This document shows, in pieces, positions 28,604 through 38,212 of a stretch of DNA of 64,000 bases. How positions within the stretch are numbered: position 1 is the stretch's first letter; each line of letters opens with the position of its first letter. Origin of the DNA: a virus. The notes beneath the pieces are model-generated. The model saw only the letters and a list, made by a program, of their open reading frames with translations, was not told where the DNA came from and did not search any database. The DNA lies in the IMG/VR virus record IMGVR_UViG_3300010430_000017, positions 1 through 64,000 of that record. One strand, 5' to 3'. The position numbers were made by a program, and so were the translations under genes.

Positions 28604-28800
28604 AAACACGTAAAGTACTACTACCAATAGACGTTCCAGATTCTAACTACTGTTGGAACCAGAAACAAAATATAAGATGCAAATATTTCCTATATTACAA
28701 ATGCGTACTGGGATTTGAGATGGAATACGATAAAGATAATATTTGTTGTTTAAAGGACCAAGCTTGCAGGAATTTACTTTGGCTTGAGAATATAAGATAA
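28600..28800 (+). CDS. Cys-rich hypothetical protein
   Basis: ATGA overlap; RBS AAGGAG. Confidence 0.5.
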   Translation: MKTRKVLLPIDVPDSNYCWNQKQNIRCKYFLYYKCVLGFEMEYDKDNICCLKDQACRNLLWLENIR

Positions 28801-28818
28801 AATAAAGGAAATAGAATT

Positions 28819-29664
28819 ATGAACTACGAAGAAAATAAGATTTATTTTGCTAAGTGCAAGAAAGATACAGTATCTAAGCATAGCAAGGGGCAGATTATTC
28901 CATGTATTAAAAAAGTTTTTCAAGGGACTGGCGATATAGTCTGGCACACGGACGGCCCTGGTTACGATAGTTTAGGGTTTTCTTGGTCTGATTTTATGTT
29001 TAAAGATGAATTTGAAGAACCTTTTGAACTTAAACCAGGGATGAAAGTTAAACTTAAGTCTTATGATGATTGCAAGGGCAAAGAGAAACTCGGGTTCGGT
29101 TGGCGAGGAGATTTTTTTGGTTTTGGTACTACGATGTTGGTTAATCTTTGTGATGAAGTCAACGGTACCTTCAGAGGAGAAAATGGGTTCTTCTACTCAA
29201 ATGAATGGATTGAAGAAGTTGTGGAGCTTTCTGAAGAAAACACCAAGAGTCTTGCTGATGTTCTTCAGGAAGAATTCTTATGGCACCCAGAACAAGGTAT
29301 GATTGAAAAACCTTCTTGGTCATTCACCAGTGATAAAATCAATTGGGAGTTGGTTTGTATGGATCTAATGGAAGAGGATACACCTCTTGCTTTTATTACT
29401 AATAATGATAAACATTATATTATTGGCATATGGAGTGATGTTTTTGACTGGCAAGAGATCTTCTCTAAATATATGATCAATGATTTTCTTGATTGTCACA
29501 ATACACACGATATCTTTGAAGTCTCTGATCCAGAAGAATGCAAGAAGCTTGTAAAGGAATTTACTAAAAGATATAAACAAGCTCATAAGAACAAGAGAAG
29601 AAAGGTATTAAATAGGACCAAGAAACTAAAGACAACTAAAAGCTTTAATGTATTTACATATTAA
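28819..29664 (+). CDS. Hypothetical protein
   Basis: 281-aa colinear ORF. Confidence 0.6.
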   Translation: MNYEENKIYFAKCKKDTVSKHSKGQIIPCIKKVFQGTGDIVWHTDGPGYDSLGFSWSDFMFKDEFEEPFELKPGMKVKLKSYDDCKGKEKLGFGWRGDFFGFGTTMLVNLCDEVNGTFRGENGFFYSNEWIEEVVELSEENTKSLADVLQEEFLWHPEQGMIEKPSWSFTSDKINWELVCMDLMEEDTPLAFITNNDKHYIIGIWSDVFDWQEIFSKYMINDFLDCHNTHDIFEVSDPEECKKLVKEFTKRYKQAHKNKRRKVLNRTKKLKTTKSFNVFTY

Positions 29665-29670
29665 TAAAAC

Positions 29671-29719
29671 AAACCCCTTGTTAATTATTCTTGACAAGGG
29701 GTTTTTCTTTTTGTATGAT
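29671..29719 (+). terminator. Terminator whose 3' arm contains the -35 box of the next promoter
   Basis: Stem AAACCCCTTGT/ACAAGGGGTTT; TTGACA(29691)-17-TATGAT(29714). Confidence 0.75.
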
Positions 29720-29746
29720 ACTCCAGACTTTAACAAGAAGATTGAT

Positions 29747-30274
29747 ATGAATATATTCTTTACAGATTCTGATTTAGCAAAGTGCGCCAGGGACCATGAT
29801 GACAAGAGACTTAATAAAATGATTATAGAAACCGCTCAGATAGCTTCTACAGCTTTGTGGATTAACAATTGTGACTTGGCTGAGACTCTGTACTCACAAC
29901 ACAAAATCTACCTCCCGAGCCATGAAAATCATCCAATAACTAAGTGGTGCTCTTCTCATGTAGAGAATTTCTTTCATACAATCTCATTTCTTGTGGAATT
30001 ATTGTTTGAATATACTCTTAGATTTAGTAAGACTCATGGTACATACAGGATATTTGATTCATTGTGTGATGATAATGTACTTTGGAGTATTAACACTACA
30101 GGTAACTCCTCTCGGCAACCTAACTGCACAACACACCACAAACACATCAAAGATATCCATGAAGCTTACAGACAAGAGCTTGTACTAAAATGGAGTAAAC
30201 TTGATAAACATACCCCGAAATGGACTAATAGAAACGTACCTGATTTTTACCAAGAATACTTAAATAGGAGATAA
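29747..30274 (+). CDS. Pyrimidine-dimer DNA glycosylase (DenV-like)
   Basis: MNIFFTD...CA..HDDKRLNKMIIETAQ, H.NHP..KW and EY..RF.K.H. Confidence 0.8.
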   Translation: MNIFFTDSDLAKCARDHDDKRLNKMIIETAQIASTALWINNCDLAETLYSQHKIYLPSHENHPITKWCSSHVENFFHTISFLVELLFEYTLRFSKTHGTYRIFDSLCDDNVLWSINTTGNSSRQPNCTTHHKHIKDIHEAYRQELVLKWSKLDKHTPKWTNRNVPDFYQEYLNRR

Positions 30275-30486
30275 AATGATAACAATTACATACGCACAAT
30301 TCTTATTCCCAATAATCTTCTTACTGATCATAATCTTTGTACTATTATACACAGGAAATACGCTATTGCAAAATGCTATTTACTGGCAAGAAGAATACTA
30401 CAAAGAAAAGAATAAAAGTATTGACATACGTATCTGATTGATGTATATATTAGTCATTAACTAACTTAAAGCTAAAGGAAATAGTC

Positions 30487-30747
30487 ATGAAACTCATAAC
30501 ACACGAAAAGATAGTCGAACTCGACAATGAAGAATACAACCTTGTATTTTATCTTGATGATCTTGAAGAAAATCCCAGAATCTATAAAGTAGAAGTAGAG
30601 CACGAAGATGCAATCTTTGTACAGATATTTGCTGAAGAATATGCAGAGAAATACGAGCAGGATATCATTGATGAGTACTTCAGTAGTCTTAAGGACTACA
30701 ATGATGATATGTTGTATGATATTTATATTGACAGAAATTATTTGTAA
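30487..30747 (+). CDS. Highly acidic small protein
   Basis: About 25 D/E versus 7 K/R in 86 aa; own promoter, TTGACA at 30421. Confidence 0.6.
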   Translation: MKLITHEKIVELDNEEYNLVFYLDDLEENPRIYKVEVEHEDAIFVQIFAEEYAEKYEQDIIDEYFSSLKDYNDDMLYDIYIDRNYL

Positions 30748-30756
30748 GGAGGTAGT

Positions 30757-31029
30757 ATGAGATTGATAGCAGAACTTTCAATGCCAAGTAATAGTGCTTG
30801 GAATGGTAGATGGTCAGGGGAAGATACTAAATATACAAAAGTATTCACCAACTCAAATGCTAAAAAGTGGCGGGAATACATCGGAAGTTATCGGTATGAT
30901 TTTGGGGATGGGTGGTGTGCGAGGGTGGTGATAAGGGAAGCTGAACATAGAGAGAAAGTTACGAATAAGTTTTGTGGGTATGAGTGGATGATTAGTTCAA
31001 TTAAAGTATACAAAAAGATTAAATGTTAA
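30757..31029 (+). CDS. Hypothetical protein
   Basis: RBS AAGGAGG; SMP...WNGRWSG...YDFGDGW...FCGYEWM. Confidence 0.65.
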   Translation: MRLIAELSMPSNSAWNGRWSGEDTKYTKVFTNSNAKKWREYIGSYRYDFGDGWCARVVIREAEHREKVTNKFCGYEWMISSIKVYKKIKC

Positions 31030-31057
31030 AATTAAAAGATTCCAAGTAGGAGGTAGT

Positions 31058-31336
31058 ATGAAACTTGAAAATGTATTTAAAAAGAATGGAGAATTCATTA
31101 GGTCGGATTTTGATCCTTACAGAGACAGAGATAGTGATGATAAATTCAAAAAGATATGTTGGGATTTTTTATTTGACGAAGATGGTTGTTTGAATTATAA
31201 TATACACCTCTCGGAGTTTATAAACAAGAACAAAAAGTACATTTCCCCTTACTCTGATATTATTGCATTATATCATGCGGATATCCACGGAAGTAGTACA
31301 AAAGGTGCTTACCCAGCAATCTATTATTGGAGGTAG
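31058..31336 (+). CDS. Hypothetical protein
   Basis: Same GGAGGTAGTATG start context as its neighbours. Confidence 0.55.
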   Translation: MKLENVFKKNGEFIRSDFDPYRDRDSDDKFKKICWDFLFDEDGCLNYNIHLSEFINKNKKYISPYSDIIALYHADIHGSSTKGAYPAIYYWR

Positions 31337-31337
31337 T

Positions 31338-31556
31338 ATGAGATCATTAGAACAAAGACTAAACGATAAAGGCTATAAAACATCCCCGGAGAAAGAGAAA
31401 GAAATTATCATGGATAATGAACTTCTTTTGAGGAGCAATACAAAAGACAAAGCAGAGAAAGCTATTAAGAATCTTTGTAAGTTGTATTATGAGGACTTCT
31501 GGGATGATAATCAAGAAATCAGACAAATTGTTGAATTATTTGTGAGGAGTTTATAA
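31338..31556 (+). CDS. Hypothetical protein
   Basis: GGAGGTAGTATG start context. Confidence 0.55.
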   Translation: MRSLEQRLNDKGYKTSPEKEKEIIMDNELLLRSNTKDKAEKAIKNLCKLYYEDFWDDNQEIRQIVELFVRSL

Positions 31557-31704
31557 TGGAAATCTTTTGGCCTTTGGTATGCGTAGTCCTGAACTTTATA
31601 CTCTCGATTTGGCACTTCTTGGACGATAATAAAGATGCAGGTATTGGGTGGTTTGTAGCTACATTATGGTGTCTTTGGTACTTTATTTTAAGAGGGAGTA
31701 TGTA

Positions 31705-31941
31705 ATGAAATGTAAATACTGCAATAAACAAGTAGATGTACTATCTGTATATGTCAATTATTGCTCAGGAGAATGCAGGAAGAAAGATCTTAATTATATG
31801 GAATTTAATAAGGACTTTAGGGATTTAATCTTCCATTGTAATACAGAATACGGCCTTCACAAGGTTCTGGTGAGCAATAAACAAAGACTCTGGACGGAGT
31901 TCTCTCAGAATCAATACAATAATAAATATAAAGGAGAATAA
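31705..31941 (+). CDS. Zinc-finger-like hypothetical protein
   Basis: CKYC..YCSGEC. Confidence 0.5.
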   Translation: MKCKYCNKQVDVLSVYVNYCSGECRKKDLNYMEFNKDFRDLIFHCNTEYGLHKVLVSNKQRLWTEFSQNQYNNKYKGE

Positions 31942-31942
31942 A

Positions 31943-32308
31943 ATGAAAAATCAATTTATTTACTGGGTAGCAATTTTGTGTGTGATTTGTGGGGTAGGAA
32001 CAAGTTTCAGTATAGATAGAATTGTTGGCTATACTAAAACAATTGAGGAGTTATCACAGAGAATCGATAAGCTCGAAGAAGAAAACAAACAATATAAAAA
32101 TCAACAACAAAGATTAACTAAATTAGAAGAATATAACGGCGAATTTTATACAAAGATTGAACAGAGAATATCAGCAAATGAGAGAAAAGCGGAGTCCATT
32201 CTTAAGTCCTCGAAGACTATGGTTGATATCCTTCAAAGGATTTCAGATGACCATACAATACTGAGAAGTAATAATGAATTGATTTTTAAATACTTTGATA
32301 TAAAATAA
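31943..32308 (+). CDS. Membrane-anchored coiled-coil protein
   Basis: N-terminal hydrophobic helix followed by a coiled coil. Confidence 0.6.
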   Translation: MKNQFIYWVAILCVICGVGTSFSIDRIVGYTKTIEELSQRIDKLEEENKQYKNQQQRLTKLEEYNGEFYTKIEQRISANERKAESILKSSKTMVDILQRISDDHTILRSNNELIFKYFDIK

Positions 32309-32369
32309 CTGTTGACTTGTTCAATATAAGATGATATATCTTTTACAGAATTAATAAAAGGAGATTGAA

Positions 32370-32639
32370 ATGACTGACATTAAAAAGACATACAACAAGA
32401 TTCAGGAAGTATCCAAGAATGGTAAGATGTTCGGTGTTACCTTTACTAAGAAAGATGGTAGCAAACGCAAGATGAATTGTAGGCTTGGTGTAAAGAAACA
32501 TCTTCGGGGTGGTAAATCCACTACAGCACATATTCCTGAGCTTCTTACTGTATATAGTCTGGATGCAGAAGGATACAGGAATGTTAGGCTTGATACTGTG
32601 CATGAAGTTCGTGGTAATGGTAAAATTTGGAGGTTTTAA
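32370..32639 (+). CDS. SH3/WYL-like fold small protein
   Basis: FGVTFTKKDGSKRKMNCRLGV...GYRNV; promoter TTGACT at 32312. Confidence 0.6.
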   Translation: MTDIKKTYNKIQEVSKNGKMFGVTFTKKDGSKRKMNCRLGVKKHLRGGKSTTAHIPELLTVYSLDAEGYRNVRLDTVHEVRGNGKIWRF

Positions 32640-32640
32640 G

Positions 32641-32841
32641 ATGAAAATACTAACATCTAAATACAACACAGATATCAATATCTGTAGGATAAGAGGTTTC
32701 TGTCTGAACAAGATACAAATAGAAATCTACAAGTACAAAAGAGGACATTATACGGAGTTTATTAAGAAGATTTGTAGTAATCAGGATGAACTTCAAGAGT
32801 TTTTGGATAATGAATTTTATATAGGAGATAATAATGAATAA
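32641..32841 (+). CDS. Hypothetical protein
   Basis: Colinear ORF. Confidence 0.45.
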   Translation: MKILTSKYNTDINICRIRGFCLNKIQIEIYKYKRGHYTEFIKKICSNQDELQEFLDNEFYIGDNNE

Positions 32842-33091
32842 CGAAGAATTTAAAGAAATTATGCGTAGAGAAACAACTGTTTTGTGGGATGGAGATAATG
32901 CACTCCAGGGGCTTAATATTATCTCCAAGTATCTTCCAGGTAAAAAACTATTGCAAGGGGCTGCACACGATATTATTTACTCTGTTGATGTTAACGATTT
33001 AATTTCTGCTGGTATAACAACAAAAGATGTCGAGGAATTACAACGGCTGAATTGGATGGTTGAAGATGATTACCTTGCTTGTTTTGTATAG
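32834..33091 (+). CDS. Hypothetical protein
   Basis: RBS AGGAG. Confidence 0.55.
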   Translation: MNNEEFKEIMRRETTVLWDGDNALQGLNIISKYLPGKKLLQGAAHDIIYSVDVNDLISAGITTKDVEELQRLNWMVEDDYLACFV

Positions 33092-33143
33092 TAAGAGATT
33101 CAAGCTGCATGAGACAAATACTGAGATTCATAGTAAGTAATTG

Positions 33144-33213
33144 TTGACAAAGGAAAATATTAGTGGTAATCTAAGAATGCTTTCAAGTGAATACTTGTTA
33201 GCATTCTTTTTTA
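33144..33213 (+). terminator. Promoter followed directly by a terminator hairpin
   Basis: TTGACA-17-TAATCT; stem AAGAATGCT..CAAGT/ACTTG..AGCATTCTT and a T-run. Confidence 0.65.
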
Positions 33214-33231
33214 TTTTAATCAAGGAGAAAT

Positions 33232-33786
33232 ATGAAGCAGAACATGTACAAAGAATTGACGTATGAGAAGGTGCGAGAATTGTTTGATTATGATCCTGAA
33301 ACTGGAATTCTTCTGTGGAAGAAACCTAAGTATGGTAGGAGGAAGAACGGAGTTGCTGGAGGGTTAGATAATAAAGGGTATACACAGGTTACGTATAATA
33401 AGAAGAAATACCTTGTCCATAGATTAGCTTTTTTATGGATGAAAGGTTATAATCCTGAAAATAACATAGATCATATTGACAGAAACCCTTCTAATAATAA
33501 ATGGAATAATTTAAGAGAAGTTTCTCATCAATGTAACATGCAAAACAAAACCTGTGCCTATACTAATAAGTCGGGTGTTTGCGGAGTACAAAAGAGTGGT
33601 AAGTATGGGTGGGCCGCTTTTATCCGTGAAAATGGTAAATTAATTTATATTGGGTACAGCGCTAACTTAGATAAAGCAGTTATGCTTAGATGGAAAGCTG
33701 AAGTAGCATATAATTATAATGGCTGTAATGAATTCTCAGAAGCTTATTTGTATCTTAAAGAAAGAAAATTATTACCGAAACAGTAG
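33232..33786 (+). CDS. HNH homing endonuclease with AP2-like C-terminus
   Basis: YDPETG, VHRLAF, IDHIDRNPSNNKWNNLR and NKSGV.GV. Confidence 0.9.
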   Translation: MKQNMYKELTYEKVRELFDYDPETGILLWKKPKYGRRKNGVAGGLDNKGYTQVTYNKKKYLVHRLAFLWMKGYNPENNIDHIDRNPSNNKWNNLREVSHQCNMQNKTCAYTNKSGVCGVQKSGKYGWAAFIRENGKLIYIGYSANLDKAVMLRWKAEVAYNYNGCNEFSEAYLYLKERKLLPKQ

Positions 33787-34030
33787 GGTTTTTGTAAAGG
33801 CTACTTTTCTATTACTCTCTACAAATTCTTTTACTTTTAATGAGATGGTAGTTTTTAGTAGCCTATTACTCACTCCTTATTTTTCTGAAGGGTATCCATT
33901 ATTAATCAATTTATTTTCTTAGAGACAGGGTGTAAAAAGAGGTCTTATTTTCTGTAGAGATCTCAGGGTTTTTGTAATTTCTTATTTTTCTGGAGCATAG
34001 GGTGTAAACAGGTCCTACTTTTTCTGTGAA
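33785..34030 (+). repeat. Degenerate 34-38 bp tandem repeat
   Basis: Units of AGGGT(G/TTTTG)TAA...CT(T)A(T/C)TTTTCT near 33785, 33889, 33927, 33965 and 33999. Confidence 0.6.
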
Positions 34031-34145
34031 GCCATAAAAATCTCACACAATAGATCTTTTAATAAGTATTCATTTATTTATAATTAATTGAACACTTATT
34101 AATTTATTTATAAAAGTACCCACTAATTTAAAATAATATCGTTAC

Positions 34146-34220
34146 TGGTACAATTCTTGCAAATCCCTAAAATAATCATAAAAACTTTCCTGAAACAATG
34201 TTCATGGTACAATTCTTGCA
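34146..34220 (+). promoter_or_regulatory. Two identical sigma54 (-24/-12) motifs
   Basis: TGGTACAATTCTTGCA at 34146 and 34205 (GG-N10-GC). Confidence 0.7.
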
Positions 34221-34604
34221 ATTCCCATAAACTAAACAATGTTTCACCTCCAGGTATCATTTCTCGCCTTATATCTTCAATTCTAACAGCGTTTCAGTCA
34301 CCCCCTGGTATCATCATATCAACTCCATCAAAACGTGTCTTAAATTACTTGTTTTAATAGCAGAATTAAAAATCATGTTAGATAGTCTGTCACATCCTCT
34401 TAGTAATATCCAATTGTTTAACCTGATATATATTCAGTCAATCTCTTGGAATAATCCTACCTTATTATAATAGCTATAATTCTCTGTATAAAATCCCCAA
34501 TGATTATAATGATTTAAAATAGTATGAAGAAATATTAAAAATTCCCTTGACGTATAGTCCCTGGCTATGTATAAATAATCATCGTTAACAAAAAAGGAAA
34601 GATC

Positions 34605-34730
34605 ATGGAAAGAAGAAAAACAAACAGGCAACACAAAAGAACAAAATGCAAAAACCGTATAGTCCATGCTTGTGTTAATATGCTGAAACAACGAATGATT
34701 AATGATGTTAAATATAAAACCATTAAATAA
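34605..34730 (+). CDS. Small basic protein (41 aa), first gene of the early-like block
   Basis: TTGACG promoter near 34546; RBS AAGGA. Confidence 0.4.
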   Translation: MERRKTNRQHKRTKCKNRIVHACVNMLKQRMINDVKYKTIK

Positions 34731-34741
34731 AAAGGCATAGA

Positions 34742-35158
34742 ATGAAAGTATATCAACAAATAGCAAGTAAAATCCAGGCTATCGCTAATTGTGAAAAATC
34801 AAATAATGTTGAATGGTTTAACAGACACACAGGCGATCTATCAAGACTTGAGAAAGAATATTTCCCCCATGGTTCAGGCTTTGACAGTATAGTAGGGACA
34901 ATTATAGAAAAATCAAGCCGGGATAAACTATATATCTTCTTCAACTGGCATTGCATGAATGATGGTGGTTATTATGATGGATGGCTTAATCTTGATTTAA
35001 TTGTAACCCCAGCTTTTCACGGATTTGATCTGAAAATTAAATGGTACACTAAATCAAATGATAATGATAAGAATAAGGTTCAGAAATATAAACCTTTGAT
35101 TGAAGAATTCCTGTATGATGAATGGCAGCATACATTAAGTCAAGAAATTATGGATTAA
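34742..35158 (+). CDS. Hypothetical early protein
   Basis: PHGSGFD...H.MN..GYYDGW motifs. Confidence 0.65.
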   Translation: MKVYQQIASKIQAIANCEKSNNVEWFNRHTGDLSRLEKEYFPHGSGFDSIVGTIIEKSSRDKLYIFFNWHCMNDGGYYDGWLNLDLIVTPAFHGFDLKIKWYTKSNDNDKNKVQKYKPLIEEFLYDEWQHTLSQEIMD

Positions 35159-35161
35159 GTG

Positions 35162-35190
35162 TTGACATAACGTAAACACAATATTATAAA
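35162..35190 (+). promoter_or_regulatory. sigma70 promoter
   Basis: TTGACA-17-TATAAA, then CATCGTTAACAA, which is shared with the promoter near 34546. Confidence 0.75.
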
Positions 35191-35225
35191 AGACCATCGT
35201 TAACAATATAACAAAGGAAAATAAA

Positions 35226-35831
35226 ATGAGAACAGAAACAACTAACATCTATAAGTTTGAAGAATTGTCAAAAGACTCACAGAACAAAGCTATTAATGGT
35301 TTTCGGAATAGTGAACACTACCTTTCATATGACTGGTGGGAATACACAATTGATTATTGGAAGGCAAGCCTTAACCTTCTGGGGTTCAAAAATACTGAGG
35401 TCCGTTTTTCTGGTTTTTGGTCGCAAGGGGATGGCGCAAGTTTTACTTGTGATTATATAAACAAAGAAGAAATAATTAACACAATTATTATGTCCGATTT
35501 GTGCAGCGTATCAACGGCTGAAAATTATCTGAAGAAATTTAACAATGCTGAATCATTTTTGTTTGAATTTCATTTTTGTATAGAGAAAAGCAGTTCAAGA
35601 TATGTACATGAAAATACTTGCTTTGTGAACTATGAAAATGGCGGCTCAGAATATTGGTCAAACATAGCGGACGAACTAACTATTTCTATAGAGTCTCTGC
35701 GCCTTATACTTTGTGATAAAATCTATAAAGATTTAAAAAATGAGTATGAATATTTAATGTCAAGGGCTGCTATTATAGAACATATCGGGGCCAATGATTA
35801 TGAGTTTACCAGTGACGGGGAGCTTCATTAA
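35226..35831 (+). CDS. Conserved mobile-element protein (family often annotated as antitoxin-like)
   Basis: Y.FEELS, FSGFWSQGDGASF, IY..L..EYEYL and N.YEFT.DG. Confidence 0.65.
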   Translation: MRTETTNIYKFEELSKDSQNKAINGFRNSEHYLSYDWWEYTIDYWKASLNLLGFKNTEVRFSGFWSQGDGASFTCDYINKEEIINTIIMSDLCSVSTAENYLKKFNNAESFLFEFHFCIEKSSSRYVHENTCFVNYENGGSEYWSNIADELTISIESLRLILCDKIYKDLKNEYEYLMSRAAIIEHIGANDYEFTSDGELH

Positions 35832-36208
35832 TACTTGACATTGGCTACCAAACACGATAAAGAACAAGGAAACAATAATTAATATAAAGGAGATAAAGAT
35901 GGCGACATACATTAACATAAAAGAAAATGGACAGACAGAAACACTTGATGAATTCGAAACATACAGTGAAGCAAAGAAAATGCTTGTTGAGTATAAAATA
36001 GCGTCATCTTATTACTCCGGGGCTTATCTGTCGTCAAGATCAACTAAAGAGTGGAAGGAAAACTAATGCAAAACCTTACATACAAAAATATATCAAGATT
36101 AGCTGAAGATTGTGAAAAGAAAGCACTTGCTAAGAAGAAAGCAAAGCTCGAGAAGAACAAAAGACAATTTGAGAAACTTTATCGGTTGTTTAATAAAGGA
36201 GGTAAATA

Positions 36209-36409
36209 ATGCAAGGAATTAATAAAAAAGGTCTGGATATAATATGCAACAAATCAATACAACTTTATAAACTCCAATTATCAACAAAACTTAAAGCTCA
36301 ACGCCGGGTATTAGTCACACAGTTGATTAGCACAGGTAATGAAAAATATACTGTAGCTATTGAAACCCTGGACGCTGAATTGAATGAAATTATGGAGGTT
36401 GAGGTATGA
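36209..36409 (+). CDS. Hypothetical protein
   Basis: RBS AAGGAGG. Confidence 0.55.
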   Translation: MQGINKKGLDIICNKSIQLYKLQLSTKLKAQRRVLVTQLISTGNEKYTVAIETLDAELNEIMEVEV

Positions 36410-36822
36410 AAGTAAATGAATACGGAAAACAATTCTTTCTTTATGCTAAAGGTTGGTATTATAAATCGGAGAATATCTGGGATGATCTTTTGAAACTTTA
36501 CGCAATGCATCATTTTGTTGCTGAAGACTGTCATTATAAACCAGAAATTTTCCACAAGGTTACTAAATGTGCACTTGAATGCGTTATGAATAATTCCAGG
36601 GATAGAAGTATTAGTCTTATTCAAAAACTATTAGAAGAATTATCCCCTAATCATTGGTTAAGGGGGTTTAATAATGAAGATTATGTATATAAATATGAAG
36701 AGGAAGTATTAAACCTTTGTTTTAGTATCATGAGTATTGAAACTATAGAGAATCTTAACCCTGAAAAAGATTGTGATTTTAATGTCTTGCCTAAAAGGAA
36801 AAATAAAACACAGGATTTTTAA
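36406..36822 (+). CDS. Hypothetical protein
   Basis: ATGA overlap. Confidence 0.6.
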   Translation: MKVNEYGKQFFLYAKGWYYKSENIWDDLLKLYAMHHFVAEDCHYKPEIFHKVTKCALECVMNNSRDRSISLIQKLLEELSPNHWLRGFNNEDYVYKYEEEVLNLCFSIMSIETIENLNPEKDCDFNVLPKRKNKTQDF

Positions 36823-36901
36823 AATAACCATTGACAAGCTGATAATGGTTTAGTATATCTTACCCATCAACGAAGTTAACTGAATAGCAAAGAGGCACAA
36901 A

Positions 36902-38212
36902 ATGAAATACGAAGAATTAAACGAGAAAGTAGTCACAATGGTAGGTTCAGGAAGTTTTTGTGATGGGCTAACTATCTTGAGAGAAAAAAACAGACTTTAC
37001 GCTGCCCCGGCGGTATCTAATCCCAAAAAGATAGGGTATTTTACAGAGCAGAAAATTGATAAATGCAATGATTCAGGCTATTTTTTTCTACCTTACACAG
37101 AACTAATCCGTGAAAAATTCGGTATCATGACTAAGCCCGGTAAATTCTTTAAACATTGTCTGCCTGATTCAACTGATAAAGATATTCAAAAAATGGTGGC
37201 TGAATATTACACAATGATAAATGAATTTACTGATATCTCTAAGTCTGATTTCCATTTATCAAATGATATTAAAAAGTATTACCATTCTAATATTTATGAA
37301 GGTTACGGCGGCAGTTTAGGGAATAGCTGCATGAAACATACAGAATGTCAAGATTATCTTACATTCTATGAAAATTATAATGTCAAAATCTTAGTATTAA
37401 AATCAGGTGATAAGATAAAAGGACGGGCCTTGATATGGGAAAATGTAAATTTCCCTGGATTGTGTAAAACTTTGGATTTTATGGATAGGATTTATGTCAA
37501 TAACGATAACGATATTGAATTATTTAAATCCTATGCTGACAAACACAATATAGTTCATAAATATAAACAAAGCTATAATGACAAAGAAACATTTGTTTAC
37601 CAACAACAACAATTTGAAGATCATATTATAATTGAACAAACAAATAGTCTTGATATTGATTCATGGCCCTATGTTGATACCATGGCAAATATGGATGATA
37701 ATGGCAATCTCTGTAATATTTCTACGTCCGAATATTATATCAATTTAGAAGAAACAGACGGGAGTAACTCAGAGACTATAGGAAGGGCAATTTGTGAAGA
37801 TTGCGGTAATAGATTTGACTCAGAAAATGAAGGAATTTATGTAGAAAACCATGGCCATGTTTGTGATAATTGCCAAGAGGAATATAGTTATTGTGAAGAT
37901 TGCGACACCTATTCGCACTATGATAATGGTTCGTATGTTGAGGATGAACAACGGTTTATTTGTGATAGTTGTTTGAGTGAAGATTATTATTGTTGTGAAG
38001 CATGTAACAACTATCACAAATATGATAAAGACTTTGAACATGATTATAGTCATTACTGCCGGGAGTGTTTTGATGAGTTATCTGAGCAATGCGAAGATTG
38101 TAATTGTATAGTTGATAAAGACGATATCAAGTGTTATGATGATAACGAATACTTGTGTAGTGATTGTTATAATGATAGAGTTGACGCTGAAGAAACTGAA
38201 GAGGTGGCATAA
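36902..38212 (+). CDS. Protein with SCM/ALIW/MDRIY/PYVDT domain and eight CxxC repeats
   Basis: Motifs read directly from the translation; own promoter, TTGACA at 36831. Confidence 0.7.
   Translation: MKYEELNEKVVTMVGSGSFCDGLTILREKNRLYAAPAVSNPKKIGYFTEQKIDKCNDSGYFFLPYTELIREKFGIMTKPGKFFKHCLPDSTDKDIQKMVAEYYTMINEFTDISKSDFHLSNDIKKYYHSNIYEGYGGSLGNSCMKHTECQDYLTFYENYNVKILVLKSGDKIKGRALIWENVNFPGLCKTLDFMDRIYVNNDNDIELFKSYADKHNIVHKYKQSYNDKETFVYQQQQFEDHIIIEQTNSLDIDSWPYVDTMANMDDNGNLCNISTSEYYINLEETDGSNSETIGRAICEDCGNRFDSENEGIYVENHGHVCDNCQEEYSYCEDCDTYSHYDNGSYVEDEQRFICDSCLSEDYYCCEACNNYHKYDKDFEHDYSHYCRECFDELSEQCEDCNCIVDKDDIKCYDDNEYLCSDCYNDRVDAEETEEVA

Noticed and set aside
33785-34030. CRISPR array
   Set aside because: Units are degenerate along their whole length, with no constant repeat and unique spacer pattern, and no cas genes are present
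34423-34437. LexA SOS box CTG..CAG
   Set aside because: Spacer is 9 nt, not 10
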